Shown in pieces: positions 25,517 through 33,745 of a stretch of DNA of 35,450 bases; within the stretch, counting starts at the first letter, position 1, and each line of letters opens with the position of its first letter. The position numbers and the translations under genes were made by a program. Under the pieces are notes generated by a model. It worked only from the letters and a program-made list of their open reading frames with translations, was not told where the DNA came from and ran no database searches. Source of the DNA: Planctomycetota bacterium (GTDB lineage Bacteria; Planctomycetota; B15-G4); contig JAZALG010000105.1 in the NCBI GenBank assembly GCA_036229545.1, positions 1 to 35,450 of the forward strand, read 5' to 3'.

Positions 25517-26128
25517 TTAGACGAAATTCCGAGCCTTAAGCCTCTCTAGGATCATCACTTCTTGCTCCGGTTCAATATCTGGTCCTCCCGCAGGTGGGAT
25601 CCAGCCTTTGATTTCCAAGAAACGGATGATCGTGTCGACACTCTCTTCGATTGATTCTGTCTCAGAGTTGACGTGGACTTCGGGGTTTTCAGGCGCCTCA
25701 TAGGGATCATCAACCCCCGTGAACCCTTTGATTTCTCCCGCGAGCGCTTTTTTGTACAGGCCTTTGACGTCTCGTTCGGTGAGGACATCGAGGGAGCACT
25801 CGGTGTAAACCTCCACGAAGTTGTCGTTGTGAAGGTGGCGGATTTCGTCGCGAATGTCCTGGTAGGGAGAAATGGCGGCCGCGATGCACACGGTGTTGTT
25901 GCGCGCGAGAAGGTTGGCCACGAAACCGATGCGTCGGATATTGATGTCTCGATCTTCTTTGCTGAAACCCAGGCCCTTGCTGAGGTTGGTGCGGACGACA
26001 TCTCCGTCAAGCATTTCAACGCCGAGTCCACGCCGAAGCAATACGCGTTCAATCTTCTTGGCGAGGGTGGTTTTGCCCGAGCCAGAGAGGCCGGTGAACC
26101 AAAGGGTGAATCCTTTTTGAGAGGTCAT
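25517..26128 (-). CDS. cysC: Adenylyl-sulfate (APS) kinase with a roughly 25-aa C-terminal extension
   Basis: [19 protein letters not shown]-loop, [29 protein letters not shown] prefer ATG 26128 (MTSQKGF...) over the track start at 26245. The tail is [26 protein letters not shown]. Confidence 0.92.
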   Translation of the reverse strand: MTSQKGFTLWFTGLSGSGKTTLAKKIERVLLRRGLGVEMLDGDVVRTNLSKGLGFSKEDRDINIRRIGFVANLLARNNTVCIAAAISPYQDIRDEIRHLHNDNFVEVYTECSLDVLTERDVKGLYKKALAGEIKGFTGVDDPYEAPENPEVHVNSETESIEESVDTIIRFLEIKGWIPPAGGPDIEPEQEVMILERLKARNFV

Positions 26129-26183
26129 GATGGACGTCCTTATTTTATGGGGAGGGGAAGGAAGAGGGAGGGAGCAGAGATCT

Positions 26184-27149
26184 CTAGCGGATCTTGCCTT
26201 CCATGAAGGGCACCTCCATGACCTTGTCATGGAGGATGGGGCCATGTCCGAAGTAGCCTTTCTCGCCGAAGAGTTCGCCGTGATCGGCTGTCACGGTGAT
26301 GTAGGTGTTCTCCGGAACGAGGTCATACAACTTGGGAAACACTTCTTCGTCTAGGTAGCGCACGGTGTGAATCTGCATTTCACGAAGCCGGTCGAGTTTT
26401 TCCTGGTCGAAGAACTTGGGAGCGTCTTTGTCCTTGATGAGTTTTCCCCCTTTGAGGCTTTTATCGAGGTGCTTGAAGACGCCGTGGACGCCACTAATCC
26501 GGGGCCATTCACTGGGGTCCTGGTCGGGCGTGACAAAGGGGTAATGGGTTTCGCCGACATTCAGCATGTAGAAGGAAGGACGGTCGTCGTCGAATGTCAG
26601 CGTGTCCAGGATGGCCGCCATGTCGTTGTGCTTGTCCATGAGTTGGAAGGAGTCAAATCCTCGGTTGACCCCTGTCGTGCTGTTGAGGACGGGGAGGGAC
26701 ACCCTCGCATGGGTTTTGTACCCGAGTTCTTCTCGCAGGAAGTCCGGGAGCCACATGGCAGGGACGAGTTTTGCGAAATCCATCCCTTCCATGCCGAAAC
26801 GTTCGTTGTAGTTCAGGAAATCTTCTTTGTAGTACTCCGAGGCGAAGACGTTGTCAGGGCTTTCGTGGGGGAGGAGTCCCGTCAGGAGGTTGTAATGGCT
26901 CGGCGCGGTCCAGGTGGCGTAGCTGTAACGCTTCTGGACCTTTCCGCCGCTGAGTTTGGGGATGTTCTTGGGCTTTGCGGCCATGAACGAGTCGTATCGA
27001 CATGAATCGAGGGTGATGACGATGTAGTTGTTCTTTGCCTTCGGTTCGGGGCGGGAGACTTCGACTGCTGCTGTGCTCGGCGCTGTCGGCGCGGCGACGT
27101 TGCGAGGTGGTGGCCGGAAGTTCTTCAGGATGCTGTCTAAAAGGGCCAT
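26184..27149 (-). CDS. Short cytosolic NPP/sulfatase-like alkaline-phosphatase-superfamily protein, 321 aa
   Basis: [13 protein letters not shown] (metal Asp), [17 protein letters not shown] (resembles the NPP Thr-nucleophile motif TFPNHYxxxTG), [18 protein letters not shown]. It has no signal peptide and no sulfatase C/S-x-P-x-R motif. Confidence 0.75.
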   Translation of the reverse strand: MALLDSILKNFRPPPRNVAAPTAPSTAAVEVSRPEPKAKNNYIVITLDSCRYDSFMAAKPKNIPKLSGGKVQKRYSYATWTAPSHYNLLTGLLPHESPDNVFASEYYKEDFLNYNERFGMEGMDFAKLVPAMWLPDFLREELGYKTHARVSLPVLNSTTGVNRGFDSFQLMDKHNDMAAILDTLTFDDDRPSFYMLNVGETHYPFVTPDQDPSEWPRISGVHGVFKHLDKSLKGGKLIKDKDAPKFFDQEKLDRLREMQIHTVRYLDEEVFPKLYDLVPENTYITVTADHGELFGEKGYFGHGPILHDKVMEVPFMEGKIR

Positions 27150-27185
27150 GTCAGTCGTCCTTCCAGTGGAGAGAGAGAACCGTGT

Positions 27186-28340
27186 CTAAACCGCTGTTTT
27201 GTCCGCCATCGCGTCGATGAGAATGTCTGCCACCTCGGGGCGAGTGAACTCCTCTGGCGGGCGTTCTCCTTTTTGGAGCATGTCCCGCAGGGCTGTGCCG
27301 GACAGGAAGATCTTGTCGCTGCCTTCTGTCGCGGCCGCTGTCTTGTCGCTCGCCATGGCACCTGCCTTGAGATCCCAGAAGGCGTGTTCAAAGTTCATGA
27401 TCGAGATCCCGATTTCCTCTGGAGAGAAGTCATTGAAGATCTCTTGTGCGTCGTAGGTTCCGTAGTAGTCGCCCACGCCCGCGTGATCGCGACCGACGAT
27501 GATGTGGGTGCAGCCGTAGTTCTTTCGGATCAGGGCGTGAAAAATTGCTTCGCGGGGCCCTGCGTACCGCATGGCTTGAGGGTAGACGGCGAGGACGACC
27601 CGATCCTTGGGGTAGTACTTGTCGAGAAGGGCGGTGTAACAATCCATGCGGACTGACGCGGGGATGTCGTCGCTCTTGGTTTCACCCACGAGAGGGTGGA
27701 TGAGAAGGCCGTCCACGAGTTCGAGGGCGCACTTGGTCAGATACTCGTGGGCCCGGTGGATGGGATTGCGAGTTTGGAAGGCCACGACGGTCTCCCATCC
27801 CTTGGCCTTGAACAGAACGCGCGTTTCTTGTGGCGTGAGACGTTGGTCATTGGCGAAGTCATATTCGGGCATGTTGAGAATCCAAATCGGCCCGGCGAGG
27901 TACTCGTCGCCAATGGAGTTGAGGTACTGAACCCCAGGATGCGCTTCGTCGGTTGTCCCGAGGCAGCGGCGGGCTTCCTCCTGTTTGTCAAAACTGTATT
28001 TTTCTTGGAGGTGGAGGAGCCCGATGAGGTTGTCCTTCTCATCGGTCAGGGCGATGTCTGTTCCGACGGAACAGTCGAGCCCCTTGTTGCTCAGGGTGAC
28101 GGGGAGAGGCCAGACGACTCCGCTGGCAAGACGAGTGCTTTTGATCACCGATCCGAGGTCGTAACTTCCCATGAAGCCGTCGAGGGGGCTCATGGCGCCT
28201 GTGCCGATCATTTCAAGATCACTGAGTTCTCGAGCATTGAGAGGGAGTCTGGGGGCTGACTCTACTTTTGCGATGAGTGCATCGCGCTCGTCGCCGGTCG
28301 CGATGCGGTTTACCAGTCGTCCACCATGTGCAGGAATCAT
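27186..28340 (-). CDS. sat: Sulfate adenylyltransferase (ATP sulfurylase, homo-oligomeric type)
   Basis: FQTRNPIHRAHEYL and IVGRDHAGVGDYYG signatures. 384 aa. Confidence 0.93.
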   Translation of the reverse strand: MIPAHGGRLVNRIATGDERDALIAKVESAPRLPLNARELSDLEMIGTGAMSPLDGFMGSYDLGSVIKSTRLASGVVWPLPVTLSNKGLDCSVGTDIALTDEKDNLIGLLHLQEKYSFDKQEEARRCLGTTDEAHPGVQYLNSIGDEYLAGPIWILNMPEYDFANDQRLTPQETRVLFKAKGWETVVAFQTRNPIHRAHEYLTKCALELVDGLLIHPLVGETKSDDIPASVRMDCYTALLDKYYPKDRVVLAVYPQAMRYAGPREAIFHALIRKNYGCTHIIVGRDHAGVGDYYGTYDAQEIFNDFSPEEIGISIMNFEHAFWDLKAGAMASDKTAAATEGSDKIFLSGTALRDMLQKGERPPEEFTRPEVADILIDAMADKTAV

Positions 28341-28379
28341 GACTTCTCCGAATGATTGAATAGAGAGGGGTGTGGAGGG

Positions 28380-28622
28380 TTACTTCAGGTATCCCAGGCC
28401 GTCGAGCTTCCGCTTGATCTCGGACAACTCTTCTTTTGTGACAGCGGAGGTTGCTCCCTGGTCTGGGTCTTCCTTCCCAAGGGGGCGATCTCCGACGAGG
28501 TCTCTGAGGACAAAGACGATGAAGTCGGTAGGAGAGGTGAACCCTGAGTCATCGATAACCTGCTGAATCCTCTCGTAGAGGGGGCGAGGAATCTTCAAGG
28601 TGACCTTCTTATGCCGTGTCAT
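28380..28622 (-). CDS. Ribbon-helix-helix protein, 80 aa, with a C-terminal ...IKRKLDGLGYLK tail. First gene of the sat operon.
   Basis: Beta strand KKVTLKIP, helix LYERIQQVIDDSG, G-F-x-S turn, helix PTDFIVFVLRDL. An AAGGA SD lies 8 nt upstream of the ATG. Confidence 0.75.
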   Translation of the reverse strand: MTRHKKVTLKIPRPLYERIQQVIDDSGFTSPTDFIVFVLRDLVGDRPLGKEDPDQGATSAVTKEELSEIKRKLDGLGYLK

Positions 28623-28704
28623 GTGTTGTTCCTTTGAGCGCCCAACAGAGGGGAAGAATGTCCCGTTTCTTGGTGGGCTGTTAGTAGCATGTATACCTAA
28701 AGTT

Positions 28705-28729
28705 ACTCCTATAGCACTCCAATAGGAGT
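28705..28729. promoter_or_regulatory. Candidate operator in the divergent RHH-sat / lipoprotein control region
   Basis: Inverted repeat ACTCCTAT (28705-28712), 9-nt spacer, ATAGGAGT (28722-28729). It also reads as a tandem 11-mer, ACTCCTATAGC / ACTCCAATAGG. RHH proteins typically bind such repeats. By rough odds, about 0.1 such 8-bp inverted repeats are expected by chance in this spacer. Confidence 0.3.
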
Positions 28730-28876
28730 GTGTTTAGAGCGCAGTAGCATACAGCCGTGTTTTCTTACCGCAAGCCAGGATTGAGAAGAAGAGATGGAAT
28801 TCGGCGTTTTTTTCTCTAAATCGGGTAAAAAGGGGCACCGGAATTGGATCAAACCCAGAAAAAAGAGGACAGAAGC

Positions 28877-29377
28877 ATGACATCACGATCGTTGATGACC
28901 CTTTTCTTTTCGTGCGTCGCCCTCTTTTCCTGCGGCGAACCAGGCTTGAATGAGATCAAAGAGGGGGTCAAAACGTCGCTGAGTACGAGTTCTTTCGCCC
29001 AAGCTCGTGCTGATTGTGAGTCTGTCTTGACTCACAATAAAGCTGCGATGAGCAGGGCGGACCGGTGGGCGTTTGAAGACCTTCGGCTGCAGGCCGTTGC
29101 TCGATCAGGCGATGGAGCGGAGTCTGTTGCAACGCTTGGTCGGTTAGCGGGGGAATACGCGAGCCAAATCACGCCGGCCTACTACGTGAAGATCACGAGC
29201 TATGTTCGGGATGGAGGAGACCTTTTGGGCGCAGTCGACCTCCTCGCCGCGGGCGCAGAGCGATTTCCTGCGGACAAAAGCAAGTTCGATGCGCTCGCCG
29301 AGGCCCTCAAAGAAGCCGCCTCAAGTGCTGGCGACAGTGAAGCTCTCGAGAAACTCAAATCTCTGGGCTACGTTTGA
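28877..29377 (+). CDS. Helical (TPR-like) lipoprotein, 166 aa, ending ...ALEKLKSLGYV
   Basis: Signal/lipobox MTSRSLMTLFFSCVALFSC|GEP. A GAGGA SD lies 7 nt upstream of ATG 28877 (track start TTG 28844). It is transcribed divergently from the RHH-sat operon. Confidence 0.7.
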   Translation: MTSRSLMTLFFSCVALFSCGEPGLNEIKEGVKTSLSTSSFAQARADCESVLTHNKAAMSRADRWAFEDLRLQAVARSGDGAESVATLGRLAGEYASQITPAYYVKITSYVRDGGDLLGAVDLLAAGAERFPADKSKFDALAEALKEAASSAGDSEALEKLKSLGYV

Positions 29378-29436
29378 TCGGAAACCGTCCTTGTCTTAAG
29401 TGACGGACCGGGACCTGCCTACGGACACTCATCCTC

Positions 29437-29802
29437 ATGCCTACCCAACCCAGCAAAGACCTTGAGACCTTTCCGAATCCCGCTCCAGGGCGAGACTACG
29501 AGATCGATTTCGAGTGCCCGGAGTTCACCTGTGTGTGTCCGAAAACAGGACAACCAGACTTCGCGACGATACGGGTGAACTATGTGCCCCATGAACTTTG
29601 CGTCGAACTCAAGTCCTTCAAACTCTATCTCTGGTCTTTCCGGGACGAGGGCCATTTCCACGAAGCGGTCACCAATCTCATCCTGGATGACCTCGTTGCT
29701 GCCATTGCGCCCCGCCAGATGATCGTGGAGAGCACTTTCAACGTGCGCGGGGGAATCCAAACTGTCGTTACGGCGGAACATGACCACTCGGTCGGGGACT
29801 AG
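29437..29802 (+). CDS. queF: NADPH-dependent 7-cyano-7-deazaguanine (preQ0) reductase, type I
   Basis: [21 protein letters not shown] and the E(S/L)KSFKLYL motif ([15 protein letters not shown]). 121 aa. Confidence 0.93.
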   Translation: MPTQPSKDLETFPNPAPGRDYEIDFECPEFTCVCPKTGQPDFATIRVNYVPHELCVELKSFKLYLWSFRDEGHFHEAVTNLILDDLVAAIAPRQMIVESTFNVRGGIQTVVTAEHDHSVGD

Positions 29803-29814
29803 ACCGGGCCGGCC

Positions 29815-30237
29815 TTAAGGCGACTCGAAACTGAGTGCTGGAATCAGGAGGCCGGCACTGCTGTCGAGCAAAACGTTCACTACCTGACGAGGGACCTTGG
29901 CGATCTGGCTGGTTCGTTCGATTCGATAGGTGATCTCCATTCCGTCAGAGAGCGTGGCCGTTCCTGCGAAACCCTTGAGGGGGGCTTCCTGCTGGCTGAA
30001 GTCTGAAAGGGTGTCGATGTCTTCCAGGGCGCTCTGAAACTCCTTTGCAAAGGAAGCCAGCGAGGGCTCTGGGATCGCTAGGTGGAGGTCGATGGCGGCA
30101 TAGGGGGGCCAGTTGATCGTGTCGCGATCTCCTTCCAGCCACATCCCCTCGACCCGACTGTCGCCCACGAACTTCGCAGTGAGTTTGCGGATCACCTGCG
30201 TTCCGAGATGGTCGTCCTTTGGTTTCTGATAGGACAT
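29815..30237 (-). CDS. Hypothetical protein
   Basis: ORF with ATG at 30237 (track start TTG 30273). I recognise no motif. Confidence 0.5.
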   Translation of the reverse strand: MSYQKPKDDHLGTQVIRKLTAKFVGDSRVEGMWLEGDRDTINWPPYAAIDLHLAIPEPSLASFAKEFQSALEDIDTLSDFSQQEAPLKGFAGTATLSDGMEITYRIERTSQIAKVPRQVVNVLLDSSAGLLIPALSFESP

Positions 30238-30329
30238 CGGGGCATGGTACGGCCGGGATGGAATGGCGTGCAAGAGAGGGGGGAGGCGTTCTATCGCGGA
30301 AGGGGAGGGGTCTGTGATAGAACCAGTTC

Positions 30330-31505
30330 ATGGACATTCTGGTGGTGGGAGCCGGCGTACAGGGTCTGACGATTTCCCTGGAGTTGGCGCAGAGGGGCCA
30401 TTCGGTCCAGTTGTTGGAGAGAGAAACCCCCGGAAGCCGAGCCAGTTGGGTGGCGGCGGGTCTGCTGACCCCGTCCAGTCCGTGGAAATACCCTCTTCCT
30501 TTGATTGAGTTGGCCTTCGCTTCTGAGGCTCTCTATCCGAAGTTTGTTCGCGACCTTTACGAGCAAACCGGGATCGACCCTGAATTTGAAACTGAAGGGA
30601 TGATCTATCCCATCGGACTTGAAGCAGGCGAAGATTCGCTTGTTTTCGAGGCCGAACGCCGCCGTCAACGCGGTTATGAGATTGAACAACTTGATCGGGA
30701 AACTCTCGACCGAATCGTCCCGGGAATGGGAGAGAGGATTGAAGGTGCCCTTTGGCAGCCCAGGTCATCTCGAGTCCGCCCTCCTCGCCTTCTCCGAGCA
30801 CTCATCCGTGCCTGTGCGCTTGCGGGGGTTCACCTCGTGCCCTTTGCTTCCGTTGAACGGCTGTCCTTACGCCGTGGAAGAGTCACGGGGGTGGTCGTGG
30901 GAGAACAGGCCCTGGCGGCTGACCGGGTGATTCTGGCAGCTGGGGCCTGGTCGGCTCAACTCGCTGCATCGGCGGGACTCCCGTTGGCCGTCGCCCCCAT
31001 TCGTGGCCAGATGCTTCTTCTCCAGGGGAGGAGGGGGGCCTTGGGGCCAACGATCAACGATGGAGAAGAATATCTGGTGCCTCGCCAGGACGGCCGGATC
31101 CTTGTCGGAAGCACGATGGAAGATGCTGGCTTTGAAGCGGTGAACACCCCCTCAGCGCTCGACAGGCTGAGGCGCCGAGCCCTGGATCTTTTTCCCGAGA
31201 CCGAGTCTATGAAAGAAGAGACCCACTGGGCCGGTTTGCGGCCGGCGACACCGGATCGTCTTCCTTATCTGGGCGAGTCAAAAAACGTGGAGGGCCTGAT
31301 CTTGGCCTGCGGCCACTTCCGCAACGGCATCCTCCTGGCGCCTGGAACGGCCCGGCTCGTCGGTCAGCTTGTGGATGGTGAGAACCCCCTGGTGGAACTT
31401 TCACCCTTTTCGCCTGATCGCACGGTGGGTAATCAGAGATCATGGGTTTCGAGTCTTGTGTCGGAGAAGAGTTCAAAGGGGCAGGAGGTCTCGTGCTTGC
31501 CATGA
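30330..31505 (+). CDS. thiO: FAD-dependent glycine oxidase-like oxidoreductase (ThiO/DAO family)
   Basis: N-terminal dinucleotide fold MDILVVGAGVQGLTISLELAQRG and the C-terminal GHFRNGILLAPGTARLV typical of ThiO. Confidence 0.72.
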   Translation: MDILVVGAGVQGLTISLELAQRGHSVQLLERETPGSRASWVAAGLLTPSSPWKYPLPLIELAFASEALYPKFVRDLYEQTGIDPEFETEGMIYPIGLEAGEDSLVFEAERRRQRGYEIEQLDRETLDRIVPGMGERIEGALWQPRSSRVRPPRLLRALIRACALAGVHLVPFASVERLSLRRGRVTGVVVGEQALAADRVILAAGAWSAQLAASAGLPLAVAPIRGQMLLLQGRRGALGPTINDGEEYLVPRQDGRILVGSTMEDAGFEAVNTPSALDRLRRRALDLFPETESMKEETHWAGLRPATPDRLPYLGESKNVEGLILACGHFRNGILLAPGTARLVGQLVDGENPLVELSPFSPDRTVGNQRSWVSSLVSEKSSKGQEVSCLP

Positions 31506-32089
31506 CGTCAGGCGTGAAATGGAATGGGGCCCGCTCAGGATTTGGAGCGCTTCTCTTCGGGTTCTTGGTGTCCTGTGCGACGGCTCCCGTGACGGAGGAG
31601 TCCCGCCCATTCATTCCTTTCGGGAAAGAGGAACTGCTCGATGGTCCCCCGCCTCAAGCTGAGACGCGACAAAGCGAGACGGGTCTTCTCGTGAATCTGG
31701 CGACGGCGTCCTGGCGTCGGAACGGCTATCCGAGCGAGATTCCACAGGCCGTCGATCGTGACGGTGAAGTGATGGTCGTCCTTCCTCTCACGGCCCAAGG
31801 GGAGCGGTGGACCACCGAGTTTGTGGTGGAGGAAGCCTTCATGGCTCGGGCTCGATTGCGCTGGTTGCCCGACCAAGGAGGCTGTCTCATGGAGATTCTT
31901 CTCGACGGAGAGCGTCTCGGTCCTCCAAGGGACGGCTGGCGTCCGTCGTCTCGGGTACTTCGATCCGACTTAGGCCCTCGATGGATTGCGCCGGGGAGAC
32001 ATCTCCTCGAGTTTGTTTGCCGAGAACGACTGACAGACAGGCAGGTGACCCTCAACAGCCTCCACCTGGACAGGGTCGGGCCAGAGTAG
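31502..32089 (+). CDS. Hypothetical lipoprotein
   Basis: ATG 31502 overlaps the thiO stop (ATGA). Lipobox GALLFGFLVSC|ATAP. Confidence 0.6.
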   Translation: MTSGVKWNGARSGFGALLFGFLVSCATAPVTEESRPFIPFGKEELLDGPPPQAETRQSETGLLVNLATASWRRNGYPSEIPQAVDRDGEVMVVLPLTAQGERWTTEFVVEEAFMARARLRWLPDQGGCLMEILLDGERLGPPRDGWRPSSRVLRSDLGPRWIAPGRHLLEFVCRERLTDRQVTLNSLHLDRVGPE

Positions 32090-32114
32090 GGAGAGGCTCG
32101 CAGGCCTCCTTGGG

Positions 32115-32882
32115 TTACATCACCGTGATGTTGAATCCGCTGTCGACGTGGAGTGTCGTTCCCGTAATGCCTTTCGACATGTCTGAAAGGAGGAAGATGA
32201 CGGCATCGGCGACTTCTGAGGGCTCGGTGTTGCGTCGTAGAGGGGAGCGTTCCTTGACGAATTCTAAAATTTTGGAAAACCCAGCGATCCCGGAAGCGGC
32301 GAGGGTGCGAATCGGCCCTGGTGAAATGGCATTCACTCGGATGTCCCTGGGGCCCAGGTCATAGGCTAGATATCTCACGGAGGCTTCAAGGGATGCCTTG
32401 GCCGGACCCATCACGTTGTAGTGAGGAACGACCTTTTCGGCGCCCATGTATGACATGGTCACGATGCTCCCACCCTCCGTCATGAGAGGCGTCATCCTTC
32501 GTGCGAGTCCGGTGAGGGACCAGGAGGAGACGAGGTGGGCGACGCGATATCCTTCGCGACTTGTGTCAAGAAACTCGCCGTCCAACTCTTCCCGCAGGGC
32601 GTAGGCGATGGAGTGAACTCCAAAGTTCACCACGGGCATGTGGGCGGCAATTTGTTCGAATGCGGCGTTGATCCCGCCGTCATGCTCTACGTCCAAGGGC
32701 AGAGCAATCGCTTCTCCGGGGAGAGACTCAGCGAGTTCGCCGACCTTCTCGGCAAGTCGGTCGCCCTGGTAGGTCAGGATGAGTTTTGCTCCTTGCTCCG
32801 AGGCCGCCAAGGCGCAGGCATAGGCGATGCTGCGTTTGTTGGCGACACCGAAGATAATTCCGGCCTTGTCCTTGAGCAGCAT
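32115..32882 (-). CDS. fabI: Enoyl-[acyl-carrier-protein] reductase (NADH)
   Basis: GIIFGVANKRSIAYA, SYMGAEKVVPHYNVMGPAKASLE (Tyr/Lys catalytic pair), NAISPGPIRTLAASGI. Confidence 0.93.
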   Translation of the reverse strand: MLLKDKAGIIFGVANKRSIAYACALAASEQGAKLILTYQGDRLAEKVGELAESLPGEAIALPLDVEHDGGINAAFEQIAAHMPVVNFGVHSIAYALREELDGEFLDTSREGYRVAHLVSSWSLTGLARRMTPLMTEGGSIVTMSYMGAEKVVPHYNVMGPAKASLEASVRYLAYDLGPRDIRVNAISPGPIRTLAASGIAGFSKILEFVKERSPLRRNTEPSEVADAVIFLLSDMSKGITGTTLHVDSGFNITVM

Positions 32883-32978
32883 CGCTTCCCCCTGAAGTCC
32901 CGGCGGTTCTCCGCCCTTTCTCGATTCCTGCCATTCTTGGTCGCCACGCAGGCCGATGCAATCTCTCCTCGAAGGGAT

Positions 32979-33701
32979 TCACTCCCCTGTCCATGGAATG
33001 GGATGGCCTAAAGACACGCCGTGGCGGTCAATTCGTGCTTTCCAGGGATGAACTTCCACGCCTGCGGCAGTGACTTCGGCGAGGGCTTTAGTCCAGGAAG
33101 GGTCAATCTCGGCGGCTCCTGCGAAGTTGTCACAGTCAGCACGAGCGATAAAGGGGAGGAGAATCGCGCGATGGCCGGACTGCACCTCGCCTTGTAACTC
33201 TCGCAGATGCTTGAGGCCTCGTTCCGTGACGGCATCTGGAAAAAGGGCGGTGCGACCGACCCGAAGCGTGACATTTTTTACTTCGACATAGCAGGGGGGG
33301 AGGACCCCGGCACTGTCCGTTAAGAGGATGTCGATGCGACTTTTGAAGTCGGCGCCGTACGGGACTTCCCTTGCAACGGTGTCGTACCGCGAGAGCGGGG
33401 TGAGGCGTTGACGGCGAGCAGCCTGGGCGATGACTTGGTTGGGAACCTGGGTGTCCACATTGACCCAACAGCGGCCAGACTTCACCAGACGAAGTTTCCA
33501 ACGAAGTTTTTTTCCGGAGGGGAGGGGGGTGACCAGAACCGATGAACCGGGGGACGAGCATCCGGTCATGCGGCCTGTGTTCGAGCAATGGGCAGTCACC
33601 TGACGCCCATCCTCAAGTTGGACGTCTGCCAGAAAACGCTTGTAGCGTCGGAGGAGCACGGCGGGAATAGCAGGCGGGTCGAACCTCACGGGGCCCATCA
33701 T
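32979..33701 (-). CDS. sfsA: Sugar fermentation stimulation protein A homologue
   Basis: LLRRYKRFLADVQLEDGRQVTAHCSNTGRM and YVEVKNVTL are SfsA-like. 240 aa. Confidence 0.88.
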   Translation of the reverse strand: MMGPVRFDPPAIPAVLLRRYKRFLADVQLEDGRQVTAHCSNTGRMTGCSSPGSSVLVTPLPSGKKLRWKLRLVKSGRCWVNVDTQVPNQVIAQAARRQRLTPLSRYDTVAREVPYGADFKSRIDILLTDSAGVLPPCYVEVKNVTLRVGRTALFPDAVTERGLKHLRELQGEVQSGHRAILLPFIARADCDNFAGAAEIDPSWTKALAEVTAAGVEVHPWKARIDRHGVSLGHPIPWTGE

Positions 33702-33745
33702 GACCGGACCGAATAGGGACGCAATGGAATGGGTCGCCGATTTTG

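Noticed and set aside
28683-28750. The 8-mer AGTAGCAT repeated at 28683 and 28743, flanking the palindrome.
   Set aside because: My rough expectation for any 8-mer recurring within a 254-bp spacer is about 0.5, so it is not significant on its own. Its placement around the palindrome is also asymmetric.
20112-29377. Reading the shared C-terminal tails as cargo-loading peptides for an encapsulin or microcompartment.
   Set aside because: No shell, encapsulin or BMC-domain gene is present in the window, and one tail carrier appears to be an exported lipoprotein. I kept this only as an analogy inside the tail finding, not as a call.
29378-30329. Riboswitches expected from gene context: preQ1 upstream of queF, TPP upstream of thiO, and cobalamin near the mutase genes.
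   Set aside because: The spacers are only about 55-60 nt (or absent). I could not find the conserved cores, such as the TPP CTGAGA / ACCTGA elements or the B12 box.
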